Notes: generated from the letters alone by a model not told the origin. A stretch of DNA of 64,000 nucleotides from an uncultured Ignavibacteriota bacterium (GCA_947085815.1 CAMTXU010000024.1:3506-67505), one strand, 5' to 3'. Positions 18,305 to 27,916 are shown, counted from the first letter of the stretch. Translations and numbers: made by a program.

Positions 18305-19009
18305 TTATTTTATTACTCTAGCATCTTCTAGTAAAACTTTATATGAATATCCGTAACCAAAATCTTTGTTCAAAATAATTTTACCTTCAAATGCAATCAC
18401 ATCGCCAACATTTACCATGTCCATAGTTGTAACAGTCAAATCAAAATCAGCGCCGCTGTTGGTGCCGTCCTGGATGTGTGCCCAATTCTTCCCCATAATT
18501 CCGTTATTTACTTTTACTACTTTGCCTTTGATTTTAACAGTCTCATTAGAGTACGAACTTGCCTTAGAAAAAAGTTGAGCTAATGTAATTCCACCCTCTG
18601 CCGGAGAAACGGAAACATTTTCTTTTTCGATTGTTGGTTTTTGAGGTGAAGCTTTTATTCCTTGTGCAGTTGCCGGTGGAATATTGCTTAGATTATCAAC
18701 GAAAAAAATTGAATCAAAGGTTCGTTTTAATTCTTTACTTTCGAAATTCTTCATCTCCATTGCTGTTTCGTAGTATAACGTCTCTCCTTTTTTGACGTTC
18801 ATAGTAGTTCCTGCCATCCAATATTCTTTATCCCCTTCTTTTACTCTTATATATGTATATCCGCTTACTTGCATTGACTCCTCAACAACTACTTGATGAA
18901 CCGTGGTTTGAGCCTTAGCATCGGCTTTCAGCTTCTGATCTTCTTTTTTAGAACACGCTGAAAAAACTATTAAAAGCGCAAGCGGTAAAACAAAAAACTT
19001 AAGTCTCAT
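18305..19009 (-). CDS. Lipoprotein of unknown function (two beta-barrel/OB-like halves)
   Basis: Lipobox LIVFSAC. N-half SGYTYIRVKEGDKEYWMAG..VKKGETL and C-half VKIKGKVVKVNNGIMGKNWAHIQDG..VNVGDVIAFEG show a similar pattern. I recognised no catalytic motif. Confidence 0.6.
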   Translation of the reverse strand: MRLKFFVLPLALLIVFSACSKKEDQKLKADAKAQTTVHQVVVEESMQVSGYTYIRVKEGDKEYWMAGTTMNVKKGETLYYETAMEMKNFESKELKRTFDSIFFVDNLSNIPPATAQGIKASPQKPTIEKENVSVSPAEGGITLAQLFSKASSYSNETVKIKGKVVKVNNGIMGKNWAHIQDGTNSGADFDLTVTTMDMVNVGDVIAFEGKIILNKDFGYGYSYKVLLEDARVIK

Positions 19010-19224
19010 TCTAATTCCTTTGAAATAATTTATAATTTTCCGTTGTAAATATAAGTAAAAGGGTTATCTAAATTCTCCTTTTACGCGTTAAACGCTTTAT
19101 GCCGTCAAAAAAAAGTATTAATTTCAAACTGAGATTAAGCTCTTATTTATTGATTGAGCTTGATTGAATGGAAAAATTTACGATAATAAATAACAGATTT
19201 TATTTTTTCATAGTCCGGAGAAAG

Positions 19225-20229
19225 ATGAACGTAAGAAAATTAAGAGGAATTGCAGATAATCTCTTCGAACAGAGCAGGTATGATGAAGCATATTATCTTT
19301 ACGATGAAATTTATTCCCAGGTATGGAATGCGATAGGTGTTGTGCAAGATGGGTTAAATGAATTTTCCACTAATTTTCTGGGGAATAGTTTTCAGTCTAG
19401 TCATAATCTTCGATCTTCTTTTACTAATCAAAGTGCGGAGACAATTTTCAAGAAGTGGTTCGATCTGGATGTCGATCAGACATTGAACGAATTAACATTT
19501 ACAACGTTTGGACATGTGCAATGCATCTGCTACTCTCCTTTTCTAAACAAGACAATTTCTGCAGATGTTGTTCACAATGAGTTTTTAATTTTACAGACGT
19601 TGGTTAGTGCAGCCGATAAGGATGATTGGATTAATCATCTGTGTAAGATAGCTACTCCAGTTACAGAAGATCACCGGCTTAAGAGAATCCGCCCGAATCT
19701 GACCGATGTTAAAATGAAAAAGATGCTTACTGAAAATGCAGTCAAACTCAAACTTACAGATTGGAAAGGGGTAAACGTTTGTTTCCTAGATTACCTTTTT
19801 AATATGGGTGATAATTCGTCCGATCTTTACACGTCAGTTCAAAAGGTAGTGGGGACTTACTTTCGTCAAAAAACTCACCGTAAGAAAAAGACAGATAAAA
19901 CGGATGAGAATTTTAGATCTCAAAATTATGAACGGTATGAAAAGTATGAGCGGTATGAGAGATTTGAGAGCAGAACGTTTTTTACACACGACACATTTGA
20001 CGCCACACGTGCTACAGATTTCGAGAAAGCAAAATATTACGGACAAATTTTGGGCTTGAGCGGTAAGATTACAAAATCACATGTACGTAAAAAATATTTG
20101 GAATTAATCGGTCAATATCACCCGGACAAAGTTTTTGATCTTGGAGAAGAATTAAAAATTCTTGCCGAGGTAAAAACTAAACAGCTTAACGCCGCATACG
20201 ATTGGATGAAGAAGAAATACAATATTTAG
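19225..20229 (+). CDS. J-domain (DnaJ-like) protein with novel N-terminal region
   Basis: C-terminal J domain YYGQILGL..KKYLELIGQYHPDK..LNAAYDWM, with HPD at 20119-20127. I prefer the ATG at 19225 (GGAGAAAG upstream) over the ATG at 19168. The N-terminal ~270 aa are unassigned. Confidence 0.7.
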   Translation: MNVRKLRGIADNLFEQSRYDEAYYLYDEIYSQVWNAIGVVQDGLNEFSTNFLGNSFQSSHNLRSSFTNQSAETIFKKWFDLDVDQTLNELTFTTFGHVQCICYSPFLNKTISADVVHNEFLILQTLVSAADKDDWINHLCKIATPVTEDHRLKRIRPNLTDVKMKKMLTENAVKLKLTDWKGVNVCFLDYLFNMGDNSSDLYTSVQKVVGTYFRQKTHRKKKTDKTDENFRSQNYERYEKYERYERFESRTFFTHDTFDATRATDFEKAKYYGQILGLSGKITKSHVRKKYLELIGQYHPDKVFDLGEELKILAEVKTKQLNAAYDWMKKKYNI

Positions 20230-20279
20230 GAGGCTTCTAATCACATGGTGATGCCTATGGCAAAACTATTTTTTTATTT

Positions 20280-20367
20280 AATAGAACGCTGAAAAACGCA
20301 GACCCGCCTGCCATGCCTGCGGCAGATAAGCCGGACGGGCAGGTAAAGCAGATTTCCGCTGATCATT
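20280..20367. repeat. Family-A repeat, degenerate (left arm intact, right arm decayed)
   Basis: AATAGAACGCTGAAAAACGCAGA.. then GC-rich hairpins (CTGCCATGCCTGCGGCAG) and ..AAAGCAGATTTCCGCTGATCAT. Confidence 0.6.
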
Positions 20368-20480
20368 TTTGTTGTTTTTAGAAGTCCCCTTTAATCAATC
20401 AGCCTCATTCGTTTACAGCCGAACTAATTTTCCGTTTAATTCTCTCTGGGGGTAATTCCCCGCCACTTGAAGCGTACAAT

Positions 20481-20554
20481 CGTCAGTGCGAGCGTAGCGA
20501 AGCAATCTAATGTAAGAAATTACTTCGTCTCGCTAAGGCAGAACTCGCAATGAC
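20481..20554. repeat. Family-B-like palindromic repeat (variant)
   Basis: GTCAGTGCGAGCGTAGCGAAGCAATC .. ATTACTTCGTCTCGCTAAGGCAGAACTCGCAATGAC. Confidence 0.6.
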
Positions 20555-20566
20555 TAGTTACTGATA

Positions 20567-20709
20567 CCCCGCTGCTTAGAGACTGTGTAATAAGTGCTTC
20601 CGTCATTTCGACCGAAGGGAGAAATCTTTGATTTTGCTTAGATTTTTCAGTCGCTACTCTTCTTCGAAATGAGATTCCTGAGTTTTTACACAAACTGCTT
20701 ACGGCGGGG
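20567..20709. repeat. Compound family-B repeat: inner hairpin nested in an outer inverted repeat, abutting the recQ stop
   Basis: Outer arms CCCCGCTGCTTAGAGACTGTGTAA / TTACACAAACTGCTTACGGCGGGG. Inner arms GTCATTTCGACCGAAGGGAGAAATC .. GATTTTTCAGTCGCTACTCTTCTTCGAAATGAG. Confidence 0.75.
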
Positions 20710-20713
20710 AGAT

Positions 20714-22153
20714 TCATTCACACGCATCGCAATTTGAGCATGGTTGTTCGCCTGGAAAACCGAAATAATCGGAAATGAAAACCCTTCTGCATGTAATTGA
20801 TTTGAAGTAGTTCACAACCGAGAGAAGTTTTTTGTTATCGTTCGTTAATTTTTCTTTAAGATAGGAATCGTCATGTAACTCATGCGGAAGCTCATCAACA
20901 ATTTGAAGATTTTTATTATCTACAGAACCCTCGGTTACCCCGTAACGGTCTAGCATAGATAAAACAGTTTCAACTCGGAAATCGCTCTTGTCCTTGAAAC
21001 TCATCTGTTCTCTTAAATAATCAGTTCCCATTGAGTTAACCGAATCCAGATTTGATTTTAAGATGTCAAACATTCGTGAATAGTAATTTGCGTCTGGATT
21101 TGCCCACTTGATAAATTCCATTTGTGTGTAGAGATCCTGCTGATTATAAAGAAGCATACAGAGAGAATCTTCACCATCTCTGCCGGCTCTTCCGATCTCC
21201 TGATAATAAGATTCGATTGAGGAAGGAACTTCGGCATGAATTACAAAACGAATGTCCGGTTTATCTATTCCCATACCAAAAGCGTTTGTTGCAAGAATTA
21301 ATTTTTGTTTACCCGCAAGAAAATCCCGTTGTGTACGTTTTCTTTGCTGAGGTTCCAACTTTCCATGATAGATGCCGTGTTTATATCCTTTATCGCTAAG
21401 AATCTGAGAATAATATTCCAATTTTTTGATTAGAGCAAAATAAATTATTCCCGATCCTTGATACTTATCCAGCACTTTATAAATGGCACTCAGTGTTTCT
21501 TTTTCATCATAAACGTCTGTTGTTTCAAGCCGGAGATTTGGTCTTTCAATTCCTTCATGAAAAATTTTGATTTCGCTTTTGGTAAGACCCAGTTTTGAAA
21601 TTATATCTTTCTGTACCTCCGGAGTTGCTGTAGCAGTTAATGCTATAGTTAGCGGATTGTTGAGTAGCGCACGGAACTCTGCTATCCGGGAGTAATCGGG
21701 GCGGAAATCATGTCCCCATTCAGAAATGCAGTGTGCCTCATCAACAGCGAGCATTGAAACATTAGCACTCTTTATTGCATCAACAAATTCTTGCTTCCGA
21801 AATCTTTCCGGAGTTACATATAAGAGTTTTATTTTTCCATCAACAAACCTCTTTAATCTATCTTTACGTTGTTCCGGCGTTACGGTTGAATTGATAAACT
21901 CTGCGGGAATATTTTTCTTTTTTAATGCGTCTACCTGATCCTGCATCAAAGCGATGAGGGGACTAATTACAAGAGTGCCTCCATCCAAAAGGAGAGCGGG
22001 TAGCTGGTAACAAATTGATTTACCCCCGCCGGTTGGCATTAATACAAGACAATGTTGCTTCTCGGAGAGGAGCCGCGTTATAATATTTTCCTGCTCACCT
22101 CTAAATGTATTATGACCAAAATATTTTGTTAATACTTCTTTGTAGGAATTCAT
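20714..22153 (-). CDS. recQ: RecQ-family ATP-dependent DNA helicase (short form, no HRDC)
   Basis: FGHNTFRGEQE, MPTGGGKS, DEAHCISEWGHDFRPDY, TATAT, QEIGRAGRDG, and a C-terminal CSNCDAC. I prefer the ATG at 22153; the 46 aa upstream in the ORF track look non-coding. Confidence 0.88.
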   Translation of the reverse strand: MNSYKEVLTKYFGHNTFRGEQENIITRLLSEKQHCLVLMPTGGGKSICYQLPALLLDGGTLVISPLIALMQDQVDALKKKNIPAEFINSTVTPEQRKDRLKRFVDGKIKLLYVTPERFRKQEFVDAIKSANVSMLAVDEAHCISEWGHDFRPDYSRIAEFRALLNNPLTIALTATATPEVQKDIISKLGLTKSEIKIFHEGIERPNLRLETTDVYDEKETLSAIYKVLDKYQGSGIIYFALIKKLEYYSQILSDKGYKHGIYHGKLEPQQRKRTQRDFLAGKQKLILATNAFGMGIDKPDIRFVIHAEVPSSIESYYQEIGRAGRDGEDSLCMLLYNQQDLYTQMEFIKWANPDANYYSRMFDILKSNLDSVNSMGTDYLREQMSFKDKSDFRVETVLSMLDRYGVTEGSVDNKNLQIVDELPHELHDDSYLKEKLTNDNKKLLSVVNYFKSITCRRVFISDYFGFPGEQPCSNCDACE

Positions 22154-22450
22154 CAACTCTCTCTGAAACTTTGAACACAATTTATTACTAATCAAATTCT
22201 TTTGATAGTGCCGACTTGAGAAATCGAAATCAAAATATCTTAGTAGAACGAGGGCAATCAGCTCAATTAAATTGCCGAAAGGGAAATACATTGGGTAAAA
22301 CTGCTCCGGAAAAATTAACTTTTATTAACATCCCCTTCTATCCCTCTTCGATTGTAGGTGAAATATTTTTTCATGATATTAAAACAAATATTTTAACTAG
22401 ACAGGTCCAACTAATTGATTATTCCATTGCAAAAAGAAGAGGTTATTGGT

Positions 22451-24898
22451 ATGGCAAAGCAGGAAAGGAAAAACTACTTCACTCTATTTTCTATTTATCT
22501 GTTAATCTCATTTCTCTTCATAGGAAGAGCATATGCACAGGCAGACTTATCATTTCAAGTTCCTCCCAAAGAAATTTTGGAACTGGTGGATATCAAACAA
22601 CCGCCAATTCCAATTATTGATAAGAATGTGAACTATATTTTTTTTATGGAACGTCCCACATTTAAATCGTTGAAAGAGTTATCGGAGAACGAACTTAGAT
22701 TGGCAGGAATTAGAATTAACACTAAGACATTCAACGGCTCACGCGGAACTTATTTTATAGGGATGACAATGCAAAACGCGCAAACCGGAAAGAATATTTC
22801 CATTACCGGATTGCCGAAAGATTACAAGATCGAATACCCATCTTTTTCGCCTAACTACAATTACTTTTCATTTGTAAACTCTTCTAATGATGGATTAGAA
22901 TTATGGGTTGTTAATGTTAAGAATGGCAACGCCAAAAAGATATCTTCAACAAAGTTATCTGCAGTAACCGGAAGACCTTATCGATGGTCATCAGATGAAA
23001 AGTTTCTTTATTGTTTTGTACGCAATTCAGCTAAACCAACATTTCAGGAAAAGGAATTACCTACGGGTCCAGCAGTTCAGGAAGCAACCGGAACTAAAGC
23101 ACCCGTTAGAACATACCAGGATTTGCTGAAAAACCATAACGATGAGATAAAATTTGAATACTACGCCTCCGCATCAATTGTTAAAATATTTCTTGATGGA
23201 AAAGTCACTCCTTTTATGCCTGCCAACATTTACAAGAGTTTTGAACCGTCTCCGGATGGTAATTACATCTTAACAGAAGAAGTGAACAAACCATTTTCAT
23301 ATCAGTTGCCCTATTTTCAATTTCCGTACAGTGTTAAAGCATACGATAAGACAGGAGTTTTAGTTAAAGAGCTTGCATCGAAACCGTTGCAGGACAAAAT
23401 TCCTACAAGTTTTGATGCAGTAGAAGCCGGCATGAGAGATTTCTCTTGGCGGAGCGATAAACCCGCAACTGTAGTTTGGTGCGAAGCTCAAGATGGAGGC
23501 GATCCCTCTAAACAAGCTGAGAAGAGAGATAAAATCTTTCAACTCGATGCGCCATTTAAAGGCGAGGGAAAATTCTTAACTGCTACATTGAATCGGTTCC
23601 GCGGAATAACATGGGGCGATAATTCCGTTGCAATTATGAGCGATTCGTGGCGTAAAAATAGAAACTCTAAATCATACTTGTTTAATCCCGAAACAGCGGA
23701 TGAAAATCCAAAAATAATTTACGACGGATCGAGTGAAGATCTTTATAATCACCCGGGAAGATTTGTTACCGAACCAAATAAGTTTAATGAAAATACTCTT
23801 CTCTTCAGTCAAGATAAAAGCAAGCTGTATCTTATCGGCGAAGGTTTCTCACCTGAAGGCAGTAAACCTTTTGTTGATGAATACAATATCAAAACAGGTG
23901 AAAAGAAAAGATTATGGAGAGCCGAAGGAAAAGATACTTATGAATCAATCACAAGAATAATTGACATTCAAAAAAATCTTCTTCTCACTAGAATTGAGGG
24001 AGTTAAAAATTTTCCAAATTATTTTATGAGAAACATCGCGTCTAACGAAACTCCAAAACAGATAACTTTCGTTCCAAGTCCGTATAAGTCATTCGAAAAT
24101 GTATCAAAGCAAAAAATCTTTTATAAACGGGAAGACGGAGTTGACCTTTCTGCAACTTTATATCTTCCTGCAGGATATGATAAAACACAGGGGAGATTAC
24201 CTATGCTGATGGAAGCCTACCCGACTGAATTCAAAGACCCAAACGCTGCGGGAATGGTGCGTGACTCGCCGTATCGATTTATTTCATTGAATTATGGTTC
24301 TCCTATATTTTGGGCGGCACGCGGATATGCTGTAATGGAAGGAGCGGCATTCCCAATAGTTGGAAAAGGGAAGGAAGAGCCAAACGATACGTACATAGAG
24401 CAGTTAGTTGCTAACGCGCGGGCTGCCATTAAGGCGGTGGATGATATGAGTGTTGTGGACCCTAAACGTGTTGCAGTGATGGGACATTCTTACGGAGCGT
24501 TCATGACGGCAAATTTGCTGGCTCATTCTGATCTGTTCGCAGCAGGTATTGCACGCAGCGGCGCGTATAATAGAACTCTTACTCCGTTCGGCTTTCAAGC
24601 GGAAGAAAGAACTTATTGGCAAGCTAAAGAAGTTTACAATAAAATGTCACCGTTCAATTATGCCGATCAACTTAAAACTCCAATTTTATTAATACACGGT
24701 GAGCTTGACAATAACAGCGGAACATTTCCCATCAACAGTGAAAGACTTTTTGCCGCATTAAAAGGACTTGGCGGAATCACGCGCTTAGTATTCTTGCCGT
24801 ATGAAAGTCACGGCTATGCTGCAAAAGAAAATATTTTACACATGCTCTGGGAAATGGATTCCTGGTTAGAGAAATATGTGAAGAATAAGAAGCTATAA
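22451..24898 (+). CDS. S9-family (prolyl oligopeptidase-type) serine peptidase with N-terminal beta-propeller
   Basis: Signal peptide, long propeller region, C-terminal alpha/beta hydrolase with GHSYGAFM (nucleophile Ser), HGELDNN and SHGY. Start taken at ATG 22451. Confidence 0.85.
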   Translation: MAKQERKNYFTLFSIYLLISFLFIGRAYAQADLSFQVPPKEILELVDIKQPPIPIIDKNVNYIFFMERPTFKSLKELSENELRLAGIRINTKTFNGSRGTYFIGMTMQNAQTGKNISITGLPKDYKIEYPSFSPNYNYFSFVNSSNDGLELWVVNVKNGNAKKISSTKLSAVTGRPYRWSSDEKFLYCFVRNSAKPTFQEKELPTGPAVQEATGTKAPVRTYQDLLKNHNDEIKFEYYASASIVKIFLDGKVTPFMPANIYKSFEPSPDGNYILTEEVNKPFSYQLPYFQFPYSVKAYDKTGVLVKELASKPLQDKIPTSFDAVEAGMRDFSWRSDKPATVVWCEAQDGGDPSKQAEKRDKIFQLDAPFKGEGKFLTATLNRFRGITWGDNSVAIMSDSWRKNRNSKSYLFNPETADENPKIIYDGSSEDLYNHPGRFVTEPNKFNENTLLFSQDKSKLYLIGEGFSPEGSKPFVDEYNIKTGEKKRLWRAEGKDTYESITRIIDIQKNLLLTRIEGVKNFPNYFMRNIASNETPKQITFVPSPYKSFENVSKQKIFYKREDGVDLSATLYLPAGYDKTQGRLPMLMEAYPTEFKDPNAAGMVRDSPYRFISLNYGSPIFWAARGYAVMEGAAFPIVGKGKEEPNDTYIEQLVANARAAIKAVDDMSVVDPKRVAVMGHSYGAFMTANLLAHSDLFAAGIARSGAYNRTLTPFGFQAEERTYWQAKEVYNKMSPFNYADQLKTPILLIHGELDNNSGTFPINSERLFAALKGLGGITRLVFLPYESHGYAAKENILHMLWEMDSWLEKYVKNKKL

Positions 24899-24920
24899 CC
24901 CTTTGATTTTTTATTTGAAA

Positions 24921-25050
24921 AGAGGTTGTCTCAAAAAGTTAATAAGTCATTTTCAAACGAAGTGAAAAATCTTCTTGATTGAAAACTAAAGATTCTCACG
25001 TCGCTTCGCTCCTTAGAATGACAGTTTAGAGACTTTTTGAACAACCTCTT
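24921..25050. repeat. Compound repeat: family-B inner hairpin nested in AGAGGTTGTCTCAAAAAGT outer inverted repeat (between convergent genes)
   Basis: Outer arms AGAGGTTGTCTCAAAAAGT / ACTTTTTGAACAACCTCTT. Inner arms GTCATTTTCAAACGAAGTGAAAAATC .. GATTCTCACGTCGCTTCGCTCCTTAGAATGAC. Confidence 0.8.
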
Positions 25051-25076
25051 TTCTTTTTCTAAGTAGAATGAATCAT

Positions 25077-26252
25077 TCAAACAAATTGACCAGCGCAGTA
25101 TCCGGAAGACCACGCCCACTGAAAATTATAACCGCCCAGCCAACCGGTCACATCCACAACTTCTCCGATGAAATAAAGTCCGCTTACTTTTTTGCACTCA
25201 AATGTTTTTGAAGAAAGTTCGTTAGTATCAATTCCTCCTACTGTTACTTCCGCCTTTCCAAATCCTTCAGTGCCGGAGGGAATTACGCGCCATTGATGAA
25301 AAGTTTTTGCGATCTCTGAAATCTCTTTTTCGTTGTATTGGTTTACCGGCGTATCGTCATGAAATAAATTTAAAAACCTATGAGCAATACGCTTTGTAAG
25401 TAAGGTTGAAATCAAATTTTTCAATTCAACTTTGGGTTTTTCACTCTTCCAATTTTTTATTAATTCGTCTAAATCAACGCCGGGTAGAAAGTTTATTGAA
25501 ATTTCTTCTCCTTCATTCCAGTAATTTGATATCTGTAATATTGCCGGTCCGCTCAATCCTTTGTGGGTGAATAGGATCGAACCGGTGAATGATTGTCCTT
25601 TACAGGTAACAATTGCCTCGGCAGAAACACCAGCAAGATCGCCAATTGTTTTGAGTGTTCGGTCACTTAATAAAAGGGGAACTAAACCGGGTTTGCATGG
25701 AATAATATTTACCCCAAATTGATGGGCAATGTTGTAACCAAAACTTGTCGCTCCGATCTTAGGAATTGATAATCCGCCGCTAGCAATAACAAGAGATTCT
25801 GATTCAAAATCTCCAAGATCAGTTCCAACGGTAAAATTATTTTTTTTCTCAATCGACTGAACCGAGCAGCTAGTGTGAATTGTAACTTCACCAATCTCAC
25901 ATTCTTTCAAAAGAAGATTAACTATCTCAACACTTTTGTTGTCGCAGAAAAGTTGTCCCAATTCTTTTTCATGATATGGAATATTGTACTTCTCGACCAG
26001 ATTAATAAAATCGTGTTGTGTAAATCTGCTTAATGCCGATTTGCAAAAGTGGGGATTATTAGAGAGAAAATTATTCGGGTCAACTGTGATGTTCGTAAAA
26101 TTACACCTTCCGCCGCCGGAGATTAATATTTTTTTCCCCACCTTTTCGGAATGATCTATTAAAAGAACTTTTCTGTTTCTTTTTCCGGCTGTTAATGCGC
26201 ACATTAATCCAGAGGCTCCGGCGCCGATCACAATAACATCAAAATGATTCAC
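25077..26252 (-). CDS. HI0933/BaiN-family NAD(P)/FAD-dependent oxidoreductase
   Basis: FDVIVIGAGASGLMCA, KILISGGGRCNFTN, and C-terminal GGYNFQWAWSSGYCAG are typical of the HI0933-like family. Confidence 0.85.
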   Translation of the reverse strand: MNHFDVIVIGAGASGLMCALTAGKRNRKVLLIDHSEKVGKKILISGGGRCNFTNITVDPNNFLSNNPHFCKSALSRFTQHDFINLVEKYNIPYHEKELGQLFCDNKSVEIVNLLLKECEIGEVTIHTSCSVQSIEKKNNFTVGTDLGDFESESLVIASGGLSIPKIGATSFGYNIAHQFGVNIIPCKPGLVPLLLSDRTLKTIGDLAGVSAEAIVTCKGQSFTGSILFTHKGLSGPAILQISNYWNEGEEISINFLPGVDLDELIKNWKSEKPKVELKNLISTLLTKRIAHRFLNLFHDDTPVNQYNEKEISEIAKTFHQWRVIPSGTEGFGKAEVTVGGIDTNELSSKTFECKKVSGLYFIGEVVDVTGWLGGYNFQWAWSSGYCAGQFV

Positions 26253-26473
26253 TAGTTTCCAATTTTCTTATTGTAAAATAAGTTTTTGATTCTAAAGAAG
26301 TCCAAAAATTCAGAGCAAATTTGGGTGAGAAATATATTGCAAGCCTAGTGCAAAGCTTCTCTGCGACTCAGCGCCTATCTGGTAAAAAATAAACCGCAGA
26401 GACGTAAAGGAAACATATTTTTAAATGTGGAATAGAACAAATGCTTCATTAAGAAGTATATTTGCTTCAACAA

Positions 26474-27658
26474 ATGAGAAGAAAAGTGACTAAGGTATTT
26501 TTAAGAAAGAATGAAGAACGAAGAGTTAAAAAAGGTCATCTATGGATTTTCAGTAACGAGATTGAAAAAGTAGAAGGGGATGCCGTCAAGGGTGATCTTG
26601 TACACGTATACGATTCTCGCAACAATTTTATCGGTAGCGGCTTTTATAACGCCCATTCTCTTATCGCAGTACGTATAATTTCACACAAAGAAGAAATTGA
26701 TCTGCCAAATCTTTTTAAGGAACGATTGCACACAGCTTATAACCTTAGAAAATTTGTCTATCCCAATCGAAGCTCATTTAGGATGGTCTTTAGCGAAAGT
26801 GATTTTCTACCCGGTTTAATAATCGATAAATATAACGACACTTTTGTCATGCAAGTTTATGCAGCTGGTATCGAAAAAAATATTAAGGTAATTGTAAAAA
26901 TATTAGAAGAAGAATTCTCGGCTAAAAATATTTTTACTAAATCTGAAGAGCACTTCCGGATTCTAGAAGGACTGACTGTTGAAAACAAAGTCTATCTTGG
27001 TGAAATGGGGAAGGAAAATGTTTTCGATGGAGCAGTGACATTCAACATTAATTTTTTGACAGGGCATAAAACCGGTTTCTATTTTGATCAGTGCGATAAC
27101 CGTGAGTTTTTTGGAAAATTCTGCAAGGAAAAAGTTGTGCTTGATTGTTTCTGTAACTCGGGTGGGTTTGGTTTGCACGCTGCTTTTAACAGTGCAAAAT
27201 CTGTTGAGTTTGTAGATTCTTCATCCGAAGAGATAAAAAATGCACAAGTGAATTTTTCCCTTAACGGATTCAGTTGCAAAGCTGAATTTATCCAATCGGA
27301 TGTTTTCGATTACCTTGAAAAATGTAAGACTGAAAACAAAAAGTTTGATATCATCAATTTAGATCCGCCGGCATTCGCTAAGAGTAAAAAAACTTTAGCA
27401 ACTGCTATCAAGGGATATGAGAAGCTGAACCGCCTGGCAATGGAACTGTTGAAAGACGGCGGTATATTGTTTACTTCGTCTTGTTCGCATCATCTGAAAG
27501 AAGAAATGTTTTTAGATGCAATCAATACAGCTGCTCTTAAAGCCGGAAAGAAAATCCAGATGTTCTATTTCAACAATGCTTCGTTAGATCACCCGTCCTT
27601 ACCGGCAATGGAAGAAACGGTTTATTTGAAGTTTGCCGGCGTACGGGTTGTTAAATAG
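26474..27658 (+). CDS. rlmI: Class I SAM-dependent rRNA (cytosine-C5) methyltransferase, RlmI-like (PUA + MTase)
   Basis: N-terminal KKGHLWIFSNEI (PUA-like), VLDCFCNSGGFGLHAA (SAM motif I) and LDPPAFAKSKK (motif IV). The TAG stop lies inside a family-A repeat arm. Confidence 0.8.
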   Translation: MRRKVTKVFLRKNEERRVKKGHLWIFSNEIEKVEGDAVKGDLVHVYDSRNNFIGSGFYNAHSLIAVRIISHKEEIDLPNLFKERLHTAYNLRKFVYPNRSSFRMVFSESDFLPGLIIDKYNDTFVMQVYAAGIEKNIKVIVKILEEEFSAKNIFTKSEEHFRILEGLTVENKVYLGEMGKENVFDGAVTFNINFLTGHKTGFYFDQCDNREFFGKFCKEKVVLDCFCNSGGFGLHAAFNSAKSVEFVDSSSEEIKNAQVNFSLNGFSCKAEFIQSDVFDYLEKCKTENKKFDIINLDPPAFAKSKKTLATAIKGYEKLNRLAMELLKDGGILFTSSCSHHLKEEMFLDAINTAALKAGKKIQMFYFNNASLDHPSLPAMEETVYLKFAGVRVVK

Positions 27659-27747
27659 AACGCTGATCGTTATGTCCGAAGGACTCCTATGGAGATCTTT
27701 TATGATCATAAGAAATCATAATCATCATAATAATCTGCGTGCCATTT
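27654..27747. repeat. Family-A palindromic repeat (with M1 module) downstream of rlmI
   Basis: AATAGAACGCTGATCGTTATGTCCGAAGGACTCCTATGGAGAT ... TAATCTGCGTGCCATTT. The left arm contains the rlmI TAG stop (27656-27658). Confidence 0.8.
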
Positions 27748-27916
27748 GATGTCGCGATTGGTTTTAATTTCGCACTAAAAAAAGAACTCCAATTTTTTTA
27801 TATTTGCCCCGCAAAAAAATCTAAACTATTAACAGATTTTAACAAGAATGCAGAAACTTTAGCTTCTTGGAGTTTGTAGAAAATCATTCGATATATTAAA
27901 ACAGTGAGGGTTCAAA

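Noticed and set aside
20230-20713. Possible CRISPR array, because of the dense repeats in this and other gaps.
   Set aside because: The repeats are inverted and imperfect, belong to different families, and are not regularly spaced direct repeats with unique spacers. No cas genes are present.
20520-20717. Small ORFs in intergenic gaps: 20520-20717, 24931-25119, 37607-37837, 8753-8953 and 18013-18331.
   Set aside because: They are read straight through the palindromic repeat elements. Their peptides are the typical repeat-derived strings, for example ..FTSFEVT.. and ..RFLPSVEMT... They have no RBS and no coherent protein features.
22154-22620. The upstream 46 aa of the recQ ORF (to 22291), the ORF at 22216-22620, and the peptidase ORF start at 22415.
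   Set aside because: The RecQ homology begins at MNSYKEVLTKYFGH (ATG 22153). The peptidase has a plausible signal-anchored start at ATG 22451. The 134-aa ORF overlaps both regions with no motifs.
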